Below are positions 18,090 to 27,400 of a stretch of 64,000 nt of DNA, one piece after another. The position numbers and the translations under genes are program-made. A model generated the notes under the pieces. The model was not told where the DNA came from. It saw only the letters and a list, made by a program, of their open reading frames with translations, and did not search any database. Numbering within the stretch: position 1 is the first letter of the stretch; the number at the start of each line of letters is the position of its first letter. Source of the DNA: a virus; IMG/VR virus record IMGVR_UViG_3300036781_000303, positions 8,139-72,138 of that record, one strand, 5' to 3'.

Positions 18090-18986
18090 ATGCGCTTGCA
18101 CCTGGCAGCTGCGTACTGGAATGAGATGCGGCCGGGGCAGAAGTTTTTCGAAATGCTGCCCCCGCATCAGAAAGCCCATGTCGACGCGCCTTACCTACTC
18201 GAATCCTATCACTACCTGGCGCAAGACAAGCTGCGTCGAATTCTGCGCGACAACAAGAAACGCATCTTTATCGATAGTGGCGCCTTCACAGCATTGACCA
18301 TGGGCGTCACGATCGACCTACCCGAGTACTGCCGCTTTATTCAAGAGTTCGCCGACGTCATCGAAGTTGCATCGGTGCTCGATGTCATTGGCAGCGCCGA
18401 AGGCACATGGGACAACCAGCAGCGCATGGAAAGATTGGGCGTCAAACCCATACCGTGCTTTCACTATGGCGAAGATATGCGCTGGTGTGACTACTACGCT
18501 GCTAACTACGAGTACATCGCGCTCGGGGGTGTGGCCATTGCCACACGGCCTGAGCTGCGTAGCTGGTTCGACGAGGTATGGGAAAAACACCTGACCGATG
18601 GTGCCGGGCGCCCTAAATGCAAGGTGCACGGGTTCGCGGTCACGTCGATACCGCTGATGCAACGCTACCCCTGGTATAGCGTTGATTCATCCGGCTGGGT
18701 CCAAATAAGTAGTGTAGGCTACGTGCGTCATCCGCTGCACGGACTGATAACTATTGGTAGCAATAGTTCCAATCGAAAGATTGAGGGGCAGCACTACGAT
18801 AATTTACCGCCCATCATGCAGTACCAGCTCACACAAGAATTCAACGCGCTAGGCTACGACTTAGACGATTTGCGCAACAACTATCACACACGTCGTGCGT
18901 ATTGCATGTGGGCGTATCAAGAGATAAACCGCAACATCGATCGCATAGGCAAAACATTCGTCAATCAGCAAACACCATTGTTCTAG
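18090..18986 (+). CDS. dpdA: DpdA/TGT-like DNA guanine transglycosylase (7-deazaguanine insertion)
   Basis: IFIDSGAFT, LDVIG, IALGG, VHGFA and WYSVDSSGW TIM-barrel motifs; lies next to queE/C/D. Confidence 0.78.
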   Translation: MRLHLAAAYWNEMRPGQKFFEMLPPHQKAHVDAPYLLESYHYLAQDKLRRILRDNKKRIFIDSGAFTALTMGVTIDLPEYCRFIQEFADVIEVASVLDVIGSAEGTWDNQQRMERLGVKPIPCFHYGEDMRWCDYYAANYEYIALGGVAIATRPELRSWFDEVWEKHLTDGAGRPKCKVHGFAVTSIPLMQRYPWYSVDSSGWVQISSVGYVRHPLHGLITIGSNSSNRKIEGQHYDNLPPIMQYQLTQEFNALGYDLDDLRNNYHTRRAYCMWAYQEINRNIDRIGKTFVNQQTPLF

Positions 18987-18994
18987 AGGTCGCC

Positions 18995-19186
18995 ATGAAA
19001 ATCAAAGTTTGGTTTCCGCGTACTGTCTCAGGCCAGACCATTGAAGTGTACGACGTGCAAGCCATACCGCACGTAGGTGAAAGCCTGTGCACGCACGAAG
19101 ACGACCAGGTGTATGACATTCGCACCGTAACGCACGTCATGCTGCCTGGTCTTGACGGTGTCATTGCTCACATCACTGTCAGCTAA
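18995..19186 (+). CDS. hypothetical protein
   Basis: GAGGT RBS. Confidence 0.55.
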   Translation: MKIKVWFPRTVSGQTIEVYDVQAIPHVGESLCTHEDDQVYDIRTVTHVMLPGLDGVIAHITVS

Positions 19187-19191
19187 CCGCT

Positions 19192-19383
19192 ATGGATCGC
19201 ATCTATTTTAATTGTCCTTGCGCACCCGATGGTAGCGATTCACTAGAGTGTGTTGTACGCAACACAAACAATGGCCTAGTGAGCGTCGATGCACCTGTGC
19301 ACCGTGATAGCTATCTAAAGAAGCGCATGGAATTCCCCATGACCAACGTGTACAGAATTGAGTATGGGACCCAAATCCGATAG
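19192..19383 (+). CDS. hypothetical protein
   Basis: Packed ORF. Confidence 0.5.
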   Translation: MDRIYFNCPCAPDGSDSLECVVRNTNNGLVSVDAPVHRDSYLKKRMEFPMTNVYRIEYGTQIR

Positions 19384-19388
19384 TGACC

Positions 19389-19556
19389 ATGCTGCTTCGC
19401 ATCGTCGCCCCGCATTTTGTAGCTGGTGTGATAGCCACGAACTATGTGGTGACCGAGGCTGCGCCGATCGTGCGCTACATGCTCAGGTGGCGGACCATGC
19501 GGGTGTGGACGTATTGCCAAAAGAAAGGCTGGCAAGTCGACTGCTTAGATGGTTAG
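19389..19556 (+). CDS. small hypothetical protein (55 aa, not in ORF track)
   Basis: MLLRIVAPHFVAG...AAPIVRYM...YCQKKGW starts just after the previous stop. Confidence 0.55.
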   Translation: MLLRIVAPHFVAGVIATNYVVTEAAPIVRYMLRWRTMRVWTYCQKKGWQVDCLDG

Positions 19557-19625
19557 CCGGTGGCTGCTGTGTGCAGCCTGGTGTTTATTGCCTGCCTAAC
19601 GGGCATATCGTAGTGGTGCCAGACA

Positions 19626-20024
19626 ATGTCCAATCCGATGTTGAATATTAAACCTGGCGATCGTGTGCGACGCACACTGGTTGGCACGGTAGGCAATGAT
19701 CTACCGAGCCTGGTGCGTCCTGGCGACACAGGCGTTGTCGATAACGTCAATGAAAAACACGTACGCGTGTTTTGGGACAACGCTTGCTGCAATATTCGCT
19801 ATGACGTGCGCTCGCAGTACCTTGAGAAAATTGTTCCTACACCTTTGCAACGATTGGGTATTGATCTGGTCGACCCCTACCCTGCATTAGACATGCTGCA
19901 TGTTGTGGCCACATCGCCTGATAGTGCAGAAAAGAACCGTGTGCTTTTACGCTTGCACGAACAGCTGCTGACGTTCGTGCAAGCTACGCTGGGACCGCGT
20001 GACACCGTAGGGCCGAGGGGTTAA
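19626..20024 (+). CDS. hypothetical protein with SH3-like N-terminus
   Basis: KPGDRVR...GDTGVV...VRVFWD. Confidence 0.6.
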   Translation: MSNPMLNIKPGDRVRRTLVGTVGNDLPSLVRPGDTGVVDNVNEKHVRVFWDNACCNIRYDVRSQYLEKIVPTPLQRLGIDLVDPYPALDMLHVVATSPDSAEKNRVLLRLHEQLLTFVQATLGPRDTVGPRG

Positions 20025-20026
20025 TC

Positions 20027-20455
20027 ATGGACTTCATTGCTGAATTTAAAGGCCCGTATCGCTTCTTGTCCAACTTCTACCCAGCGCGTATTAACTATTT
20101 GGGTATTATGTTCGATACGACCGAACACGCCTTTCAGGCCGCTAAGGCATGCACGCGTGCTGACGCCATTCGCATTGCATCGATTATCAAGCCAGGCGAC
20201 GCTAAGCGCGCCGGCAAGAAGCTTGAGCTCTTACGGCCTGATTGGGAACAAGTCAAAGAACTGGTCATGCTCGATGTGTTGAGACTTAAGTTCCAACATC
20301 CAGATTTACGTCGCAAGCTGCTAGAAACAGGCACCGCGCATTTGCAAGAGGGCAATACCTGGGATGATACCTATTGGGGTGTTTGCGATGGTCAAGGTCT
20401 CAACCGGCTTGGCGTTCTTTTGATGAAAGTACGCGACGAGGTGCGGCATGGCTAA
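20027..20455 (+). CDS. NADAR (YbiA-like) family protein
   Basis: FLSNFY, TEHAFQAAK, RPDWEQVK, KFQH, D.YWG and G.NRLG motifs. Confidence 0.92.
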   Translation: MDFIAEFKGPYRFLSNFYPARINYLGIMFDTTEHAFQAAKACTRADAIRIASIIKPGDAKRAGKKLELLRPDWEQVKELVMLDVLRLKFQHPDLRRKLLETGTAHLQEGNTWDDTYWGVCDGQGLNRLGVLLMKVRDEVRHG

Positions 20456-21479
20456 AGCAAAGCAACCAACGACTGCAGCAAAGGCTACGACGCGAAAAGA
20501 AAAGCCCGTACCGGGTGCGTCCATGCTTGACGTCTTGCGCTTCGTTAAAGGCGCTGTGAGCACCAAGGACTTTGTACCTGCACTGACGCACTTTCAAATC
20601 AAGCATTCTCGCATCACGGGGTTCAACGGCAAGATAAGCTTGTGCGCGCCTATCGCGCTCGATATCGATTGTGTGCCTAAAGCGCAACCGTTTGTCGATG
20701 CCATTGAAGCATGCACCGATACGGCGCAGCTCAACATGACCGTCAATGGCAAGCTGCATGTGCGCAGTGGCACGTTTCGCGCGCACGTCGAGTGCATCGA
20801 CCTTGATACATTCCCTGAGGTCAAACCCGAAGGTGTGACCATTGAGCTGACCGGGCCGATATTGCCGGCATTTAGAAAGCTCTACGACTTCACCGCCGAA
20901 GATGCCAGCCGACCATGGGCAACCGGCGTACTACTTGATGGCCACAGCGCCTTCGCTTCTAACAATGTGGTCATCATCGAGCACTGGCTCGGGTTTCATT
21001 TTCCTTTTCGTATCAATGTGCCGCGATCGACAATACGCGAAATGCTGCGCATCGACGAAGAGCCATTGGGTATGCAAGCGACTGAGGGCAGTGTCACTTT
21101 CCACTATAGCGGACAGCGCTGGCTGCGTAGTGCGCTCAACAGCGTTGAGTGGCCAGACATTGCAGGTCTGTTTGAAAAGGTAAGCCAGATTGATCAAGCG
21201 CTTATTCAACCCGTGCACGCTGAACTGTTCGATGCACTCGACAAGCTTAAGCCGTTTCTTGGCGAAGCCAATCGCGTGTGGGTCCAAGATGGCGCCCTGG
21301 TCACTGCCGAAGTCGATGGCGCCAGCGTCGAGCTACCCTGGATGCCCACATGTAGTTTTAACCACAAAATGTTGGGGCTGCTTCGTGGCATTGCTACAGA
21401 AGCAGCCTTTGCCGTCTGGCCTTCACCTGTCCCGTTCTACGGCGACAATGTGCGAGGCGTCATAGCATGTATGAGGTAA
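20448..21479 (+). CDS. DNA polymerase III beta-clamp-like protein
   Basis: 343 aa; PALTH, FPEV and DASRPWATGVLL segments resemble DnaN. Confidence 0.72.
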   Translation: MAKAKQPTTAAKATTRKEKPVPGASMLDVLRFVKGAVSTKDFVPALTHFQIKHSRITGFNGKISLCAPIALDIDCVPKAQPFVDAIEACTDTAQLNMTVNGKLHVRSGTFRAHVECIDLDTFPEVKPEGVTIELTGPILPAFRKLYDFTAEDASRPWATGVLLDGHSAFASNNVVIIEHWLGFHFPFRINVPRSTIREMLRIDEEPLGMQATEGSVTFHYSGQRWLRSALNSVEWPDIAGLFEKVSQIDQALIQPVHAELFDALDKLKPFLGEANRVWVQDGALVTAEVDGASVELPWMPTCSFNHKMLGLLRGIATEAAFAVWPSPVPFYGDNVRGVIACMR

Positions 21480-21483
21480 TCAC

Positions 21484-21810
21484 GTGACACCACAACAAGT
21501 CGAAGCAACATTGCACCAGGCCATCAAGCGCTTTCTAAATCGCACACAGCAAGGACGCGTCATGCGCGCTTATCGCGAATCGATCGCGCGTGCAACGCCT
21601 GCTGATGATAGCCACAGGCTGGACTTCGTCCTGAAACGTCAAGCGTTCTTGCTTCGCAAGAAATCTGACGCTGGCACATTCACCTATCAGCTGTTGGAAC
21701 AAGACGAGAACGAGAATTTTGTTGTCTTATCGGGCAACGGATGGTTTCGCGAGCCGCGCGACGCTATCGATGCAGCCATGAAATTCGAACTTGCAAAGGT
21801 GCAGTCATGA
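21484..21810 (+). CDS. hypothetical protein
   Basis: GAGGT RBS; GTG start. Confidence 0.6.
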   Translation: MTPQQVEATLHQAIKRFLNRTQQGRVMRAYRESIARATPADDSHRLDFVLKRQAFLLRKKSDAGTFTYQLLEQDENENFVVLSGNGWFREPRDAIDAAMKFELAKVQS

Positions 21811-22865
21811 ACACACAGCTGCTACGCGTCATCGCAAAAGAAATGGCCGAAGCTCGCTTGGCCGCACAGCAAGGTGACGCCGAGATAAAACTCGAAGCTA
21901 TCGATAACTGGGCGTCAAGGCTTAAACTACTTGCTGCAATAACCGAAGGCGAGTGGGTAAAAGCCGACGATAAAAAACCCGAACTGGCCTATACCGACGT
22001 CTATACGATTTCGCTATTGGCGGCACAAGACATCGCGAAGATGCTTGCTTGCGCGACCTCGCAAGATGTGGACAACATCCAGTGTTGTGTCATCGAAGCC
22101 ATGCGAAATATCCCTGTGCTTGAATGGGGTCATATCGATACGGCACCCAAGGACGGCACAACCGTGCTCACATGCTGGCGTGGTGCTGATTACAAGTTGA
22201 ACTACTTCAATACGATGGCCGATCTAGCAGACAGTTTTAAACTCGGCCGTGAACAGTGGTGGTACTCGGCCGCTGATAAACAGCCAACGCATTGGTTGCG
22301 CTTTCTACGTTTCGGTGAAGTCGGTCGCATCGCACAAATGCCCACCATCGATCTTGACTATGAAGCGTACAACGTCATTCATAACGAGTACCTCAAGGCA
22401 TACCCTGATTTACCGGTCGAGTACACAAGCAACGACATCGATTTTGATATCTGCGAGATAATCAAGAACAGTGCCTCTGTCAAAAGAATAGACGAAGGGG
22501 ACTGGGTCCGTGCTGATGACGTCAACAGGCTAGTGCGCGAGCTCGACGTTGCATTGAATGGCGAAGCGGGTGCCGCTGAGCAAGCAGCATTGTGCGATAT
22601 CGTTTCGCACGTCAAATCACAAGGCTGGAAGCTGGTTAATACTTCTACGGCCACACAAGACCAAGAAGCCTGGGTGAAGGCTAATGACGCGCATATTGCA
22701 TCAATGGCTTATAGCCATCTGCATAGTGTTGCCGAAAAGATAACGATCGAGCGTTCGCCAGAGATGTTTCCACAGGCTACCTACGACGTATGCACTGCAG
22801 GTCTGCGTAGCTTCTCGATGGCGCTTATCGATGCGTATAACCATGCATTGGCAGACAAGCCATGA
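21807..22865 (+). CDS. modular hypothetical protein with DUF551-like segment
   Basis: WGHIDTAPKDG...QPTHW. Confidence 0.7.
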   Translation: MNTQLLRVIAKEMAEARLAAQQGDAEIKLEAIDNWASRLKLLAAITEGEWVKADDKKPELAYTDVYTISLLAAQDIAKMLACATSQDVDNIQCCVIEAMRNIPVLEWGHIDTAPKDGTTVLTCWRGADYKLNYFNTMADLADSFKLGREQWWYSAADKQPTHWLRFLRFGEVGRIAQMPTIDLDYEAYNVIHNEYLKAYPDLPVEYTSNDIDFDICEIIKNSASVKRIDEGDWVRADDVNRLVRELDVALNGEAGAAEQAALCDIVSHVKSQGWKLVNTSTATQDQEAWVKANDAHIASMAYSHLHSVAEKITIERSPEMFPQATYDVCTAGLRSFSMALIDAYNHALADKP

Positions 22866-23284
22866 GTCGCGTGCATCATTACGATCTACCCGTTGCGCAA
22901 TGGGATAGATTTCTATTTTTCATGGCGACGACCAGGGGTATGCGCGCACACCAAGTTGCCGAAGTCATTGGCAAGCTTACGCCTGGTATCGATTGGACAG
23001 GCTGTTCAAAAAGCGACATGGCACGCGAGTTTGCTAGGACAGACGTTTCAGCATTTGAGCAAATTAGCGAGCTGACCAAAGACGCTCTTACTACTGCAGT
23101 TGCCTCACGCAAAGCTAAGGTTAACGCCACGAAGCCAACGCTCGACCAGGTACATGCATTCTTGCTGGGTAAAGCTGCAATCGATGGCTTCTGGTTTGGC
23201 GATGTACCACACGGCAAGTCGCGTTTCTGGTGGCGAACACACCTATATGAAGCATTGGCCGAAACCAACAAAAAGGATAAGTAG
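22862..23284 (+). CDS. hypothetical protein
   Basis: ATGA overlap. Confidence 0.6.
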   Translation: MSRVHHYDLPVAQWDRFLFFMATTRGMRAHQVAEVIGKLTPGIDWTGCSKSDMAREFARTDVSAFEQISELTKDALTTAVASRKAKVNATKPTLDQVHAFLLGKAAIDGFWFGDVPHGKSRFWWRTHLYEALAETNKKDK

Positions 23285-23286
23285 CC

Positions 23287-23691
23287 ATGGGCATTGTTGA
23301 GCTCATTCAAAATCTTGGCGACGAGAACATTAGCCTGCAAATGCTCGATCGTTCGATAACGCATGCCCAGGCTAAGCAAAACGGTGATGTACTTGTGACG
23401 TTCGGTTGCCAAGTACCTATTGCTGATCTGGGTATGCTGGGGCCACCCAAAAAGCGCGGCATGATTTTGTGGGTCACTACCGAAAAGCTCGATGCTGCGT
23501 TAAAGCAGCCATTAGCATCCACTACGCAAACGCTCTACGATGCGACGCCACTCGTCGAAGCTATCATTGATAAGCTGTGTGGTCGCAAGGGCTTCGATGA
23601 AGCTTTCGATGTAGACGATGACATACTCGACGAAATAAAAAGCGAGATGGCCACAACCATCGCTACGTTCTTGAAGTCGCCTAAGTCATGA
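23287..23691 (+). CDS. hypothetical protein
   Basis: Packed ORF. Confidence 0.6.
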   Translation: MGIVELIQNLGDENISLQMLDRSITHAQAKQNGDVLVTFGCQVPIADLGMLGPPKKRGMILWVTTEKLDAALKQPLASTTQTLYDATPLVEAIIDKLCGRKGFDEAFDVDDDILDEIKSEMATTIATFLKSPKS

Positions 23692-23835
23692 AACTACTCA
23701 GAGCACTGGGTCATTCACTGTGGCACTGGGCTGGCAGTCCAAACGTCACACGCGCCGAAGTCATCGAGCGCGACGAAGGCGGCTATGCCTGTAAGCACTG
23801 TGGCTATCACTATCATTGGACAAGGACATTCTAAG

Positions 23836-24042
23836 ATGGATCAGCCTATAAGATTGCGTGACTACGCCGATGAAGCCGCACGCATGTCACGTTTTCTTGC
23901 GCATAGCTACAGCACAGCCCGAACTAACGGCGGCTACTGGTACGCACCATCGCAATGGCTCGCTACGCGCGAGGGCCGCACCTACGTTGTGATCAATCGC
24001 GGCTACAACAACAGATACCGTTTACGGTGGATTACACTATGA
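23836..24042 (+). CDS. hypothetical protein
   Basis: AAGGA RBS. Confidence 0.5.
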   Translation: MDQPIRLRDYADEAARMSRFLAHSYSTARTNGGYWYAPSQWLATREGRTYVVINRGYNNRYRLRWITL

Positions 24043-24281
24043 CCGACGAAGCCAAACCTATCGATATGTTGTTGTGGTGCCCGAAATGCCAGACCCAGCA
24101 CATCGACGAGCCTGATCTTGCCCCAGTGCGCCATGAAGATGGTAGTGCGTCGCTTTGGGATAACCCGCCGCATAGATCGCATCTGTGCCACGTATGCGGC
24201 TGCATTTGGCGCCCCGCTGACGTGTATACGAATGGTGTCGAGCACATCCAAACCAGGGGTGCAAAGGACAACTGGCCATGA
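24039..24281 (+). CDS. small Zn-ribbon-like hypothetical protein
   Basis: CPKC...WDNPPHRSHLCHVCG. Confidence 0.65.
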   Translation: MTDEAKPIDMLLWCPKCQTQHIDEPDLAPVRHEDGSASLWDNPPHRSHLCHVCGCIWRPADVYTNGVEHIQTRGAKDNWP

Positions 24282-24499
24282 CGAATCGATTGTACGGCTG
24301 TGCACGACGCGCCCCTATCATTATAAAAATCGTAGCACCGCAAGGTAGCGGCAAAGAAGCTATCTGGAACATTTTGCGTGATGCTGTCGACGAAGCCAAT
24401 AAAGAGACCGTCGATTTCGATTATGTGCTTACCGCCATGCCCAATGATGGCTGGGGTCAAGAAAGCATGACACTAGCGCGCAGACCTAAAAAGTCATGA
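24278..24499 (+). CDS. hypothetical protein
   Basis: ATGA overlaps at both ends. Confidence 0.55.
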   Translation: MTNRLYGCARRAPIIIKIVAPQGSGKEAIWNILRDAVDEANKETVDFDYVLTAMPNDGWGQESMTLARRPKKS

Positions 24500-24861
24500 C
24501 CACGCGCACGCGGCCCATTATCGTTTTGGTCACAGGTGGTCGTAAGTATAACAACCGTGACCACATCTGGTCGGTGCTCGATAGCATCGCAACCTACTAC
24601 CCTGGCTTTTGTGTCGTCCAAGGTGGCGCGAAAGGTGCAGATGCGTGGGCCAAAGCGTGGGCAATCAAGCATGGGCACCCAAGCTTTACATGCGACGCTG
24701 CTTGGGACTTCTATGGCAACAACGCAGCTGGTCCTGTCAGTAATGGCTTCATGATTGAATTCATGACGGTTGACATGGTGATTCACTTTCCTGGCAACAC
24801 AGGCACAGCCAACATGGTTCGCCAGGCAAAAGCCAAAGGCATTACTTGTTACGAGGGTTGA
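24496..24861 (+). CDS. SLOG superfamily (YspA/DUF2493-like) protein
   Basis: VLVTGGR, VVQGGAKGAD, AAGP.SN and FPG..GTANM motifs. Confidence 0.8.
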   Translation: MTTRTRPIIVLVTGGRKYNNRDHIWSVLDSIATYYPGFCVVQGGAKGADAWAKAWAIKHGHPSFTCDAAWDFYGNNAAGPVSNGFMIEFMTVDMVIHFPGNTGTANMVRQAKAKGITCYEG

Positions 24862-24863
24862 CC

Positions 24864-25118
24864 ATGATCTATTTAATCGCACCAACACGTGTTATTGCCG
24901 AAGTCGCTGCTACTGAACTTAAATTAGTTGGCTCAGATATGCGTGTGTTCACAGAACCGCATTACATGGACGGCCTAGCACACAAGATCGGCGACATTTT
25001 TATTGTCATTAGAGCAGAACGCTTAGTCTTGTTTGGTTCGCGATTGACCAAATGGCGTCGTTGCCTCGATATGCTGCGCATCGCAGGTATCCCTTATATT
25101 GAGTACACAACGCCATGA
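24864..25118 (+). CDS. hypothetical protein
   Basis: GAGGG RBS. Confidence 0.55.
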   Translation: MIYLIAPTRVIAEVAATELKLVGSDMRVFTEPHYMDGLAHKIGDIFIVIRAERLVLFGSRLTKWRRCLDMLRIAGIPYIEYTTP

Positions 25119-25306
25119 GCTTACGACAGCGACTTCGCGCCTGGTGGCGCGGCAAGCAGTTCGATTTCAAATATCGCAACTTCATTGGCAACAAAGATAG
25201 CTGCATGTGTGGCGATAGCATCATTTCGCATGGCCCGTACACGCACAACCACACGCCTATGAGCATGTGGGACTACAACCGCTCGCTCTACGTCGACAAA
25301 AAGTAA
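25115..25306 (+). CDS. hypothetical protein
   Basis: Overlaps both neighbours. Confidence 0.55.
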   Translation: MSLRQRLRAWWRGKQFDFKYRNFIGNKDSCMCGDSIISHGPYTHNHTPMSMWDYNRSLYVDKK

Positions 25307-27303
25307 TGCGCGACGACTCGATAGGTTTGTTTTGGGAAGACTTGCCAACGAGCAAGGCAGCGCGTGCAAACTACCAGCGCCCTATGCCAGCCATACCCGA
25401 TACCGGTTGGCAGCCGCCGCGTGAGTTTCCCAATCTTGCTGCAGCGCGCGTGCTGTCGCTCGATACCGAAACCTATGATCCTGAGCTTGAAGACCACGGA
25501 CCAGGCTGGGGACGTGGCAAGGGCCATATCGTAGGTGTGTCGATCGGTGCTGATAACGACGGCGCCTGGTACTTCCCTGTTCGCCATACGGTTGAGCCCG
25601 AATACAACATGGACCCTGAAAAGGTCTTTGCTTGGCTACGCGACACGCTCGGCCGCGCCCATCAGCCCAAAGTAGGCGCCAATCTGGTCTACGACGTAGG
25701 CTGGTTGATGGAAGAAAACGTACAGGTCAAGGGTGAGCTCGTCGACGTGCAGCTTGCCGAAGCATTGCTATATGAGCGTGGCGTCGTCAATCTGGACTGG
25801 CTGGGTGAAAAGTATCTAGGCGAAGGCAAGCAAACCAGCATGCTTTACCAGTGGCTTGCCGACTTCTATGGTGGTGATGCCACAGGCAAGCAGCGCGCAA
25901 ACATATGGCGCAGCCCGCCACGCCTGGCTGGCCCCTATGCTGAGCAAGATGCCGCGTTACCTTTGCGCATTGCGAAGCTGCAATATATCGAGCTGGCTAA
26001 CCAGGGGTTGCTTGATGTGCTCAATGTCGAGAACGGGCTTATACCACTCATGGTCGCCATGCGGCGTGCCGGCGTCAGTGTGGCTGTGGACAAAGCCGAA
26101 GAGCTGCGCGACCGCCTCATAGGCATGCAACAGAAACAGCAGCAGAAGCTTGATCACATGGCAGGCATGGCTGTGTCAGTCGATAGCGCTGCGTCGCTGG
26201 CCAAGATGTTTGACGCCGTTGGCGTGGAATACCCTCGCACGAAGCCGACCGAGAAAAAGCCCACAGGATCACCCAGTTTTACGCGCACCTGGTTAGAGCA
26301 TTGTGACCATCCGCTAGCCGAGCTCGTTAAGGACATTCGTCGCGTCAGCAAGCTACGCGGCACCTTCGTCGAAAGCTACATCTTGAACAGCCATGTCAAT
26401 GGCAAGGTGTATGGCCAGTTTCACTTATTGCGCGGCGACGACAACGGTACGCGCAGCGGTCGCTTGTCATCGAGCACACCTAACCTGCAGAACATACCGA
26501 GCCGCGATAAAGAGTTGGCACCGCTCGTGCGTGGCATGTTCATACCTGACCCTGGCCATCATCAATGGCGTCGATTCGACTACAGTCAAATCGAGTACCG
26601 CTTTCTTGTGCATTTTGCGCAAGGACCAGGCGCGATGGATGCACAGCGCCGCTACCATCAGGACCCTGATACCGATTACCACGAATTCGTTATCAACATG
26701 ATTCATGAAATGACCGGGTTCACGCTCGATCGCAAGCCGGCCAAAAACATCAACTTCGGATTGATTTATGGCATGGGTATCCCCAAGCTGCTGCGCACGC
26801 TGGGACTCAGCAAAGCCGAAGGCAAGAAGCTATTCGACGCCTATCACAAGGCACTCCCCTATGTGAAAACAACCATGGACGCCGTATCACAAGAGGCCGC
26901 ACGAAGCGGCATCATCACAACCATCATGGGACGCCGTAGCCGCTTCGACCTGTGGCAGCCCCAGGGACGCGACCACGGGGGCATTGCGCTGCCCTACGAG
27001 GCCGCCATACGCCAATACGGCAGCGTGGCCAGGGCGCATACCCACAAAGCCCTGAATCGGCGCCTGCAGGGCAGCGCGGCCGACATGATGAAGGTAGCCA
27101 TGCTCAAGTGCTGGCGCGAAGGGGTCTTTGACGAGGTGGGCGTACCCCGCGTGACCGTCCATGACGAGCTGGGCCATAGCGACCCTGGCGGCAAGGACAC
27201 CGCCTTTGCCTACATGAAAAGGACACTGGAAACGGCTATACCGCTCAATATTCCTGTCCGGGTTGATGAAGAGTGCGGCCCGGACTGGGGGCACGTCGCG
27301 TAA
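25306..27303 (+). CDS. family A DNA polymerase with 3'-5' exonuclease domain
   Basis: LDTET exo I, TRSGRLSSSTPNLQNIP, DYSQIEYR (motif A), RKPAKNINFGLIYG (motif B), QGSAAD, VHDE (motif C). Confidence 0.96.
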   Translation: MRDDSIGLFWEDLPTSKAARANYQRPMPAIPDTGWQPPREFPNLAAARVLSLDTETYDPELEDHGPGWGRGKGHIVGVSIGADNDGAWYFPVRHTVEPEYNMDPEKVFAWLRDTLGRAHQPKVGANLVYDVGWLMEENVQVKGELVDVQLAEALLYERGVVNLDWLGEKYLGEGKQTSMLYQWLADFYGGDATGKQRANIWRSPPRLAGPYAEQDAALPLRIAKLQYIELANQGLLDVLNVENGLIPLMVAMRRAGVSVAVDKAEELRDRLIGMQQKQQQKLDHMAGMAVSVDSAASLAKMFDAVGVEYPRTKPTEKKPTGSPSFTRTWLEHCDHPLAELVKDIRRVSKLRGTFVESYILNSHVNGKVYGQFHLLRGDDNGTRSGRLSSSTPNLQNIPSRDKELAPLVRGMFIPDPGHHQWRRFDYSQIEYRFLVHFAQGPGAMDAQRRYHQDPDTDYHEFVINMIHEMTGFTLDRKPAKNINFGLIYGMGIPKLLRTLGLSKAEGKKLFDAYHKALPYVKTTMDAVSQEAARSGIITTIMGRRSRFDLWQPQGRDHGGIALPYEAAIRQYGSVARAHTHKALNRRLQGSAADMMKVAMLKCWREGVFDEVGVPRVTVHDELGHSDPGGKDTAFAYMKRTLETAIPLNIPVRVDEECGPDWGHVA

Positions 27304-27325
27304 AAATTACGTTATCAAATAAAAG

Positions 27326-27380
27326 TGGATGACATCATTCTTCCAATGGCGTTAGACTTGTTTACAGAGCGCGGCACGGG
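27326..27380 (+). promoter_or_regulatory. putative sigma70-like early promoter
   Basis: AT-rich upstream segment then ATGACA-N18-TAGACT; motif is shared with 8648-8691. Confidence 0.55.
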
Positions 27381-27400
27381 GCCGCGCAAGGGACAAGATC

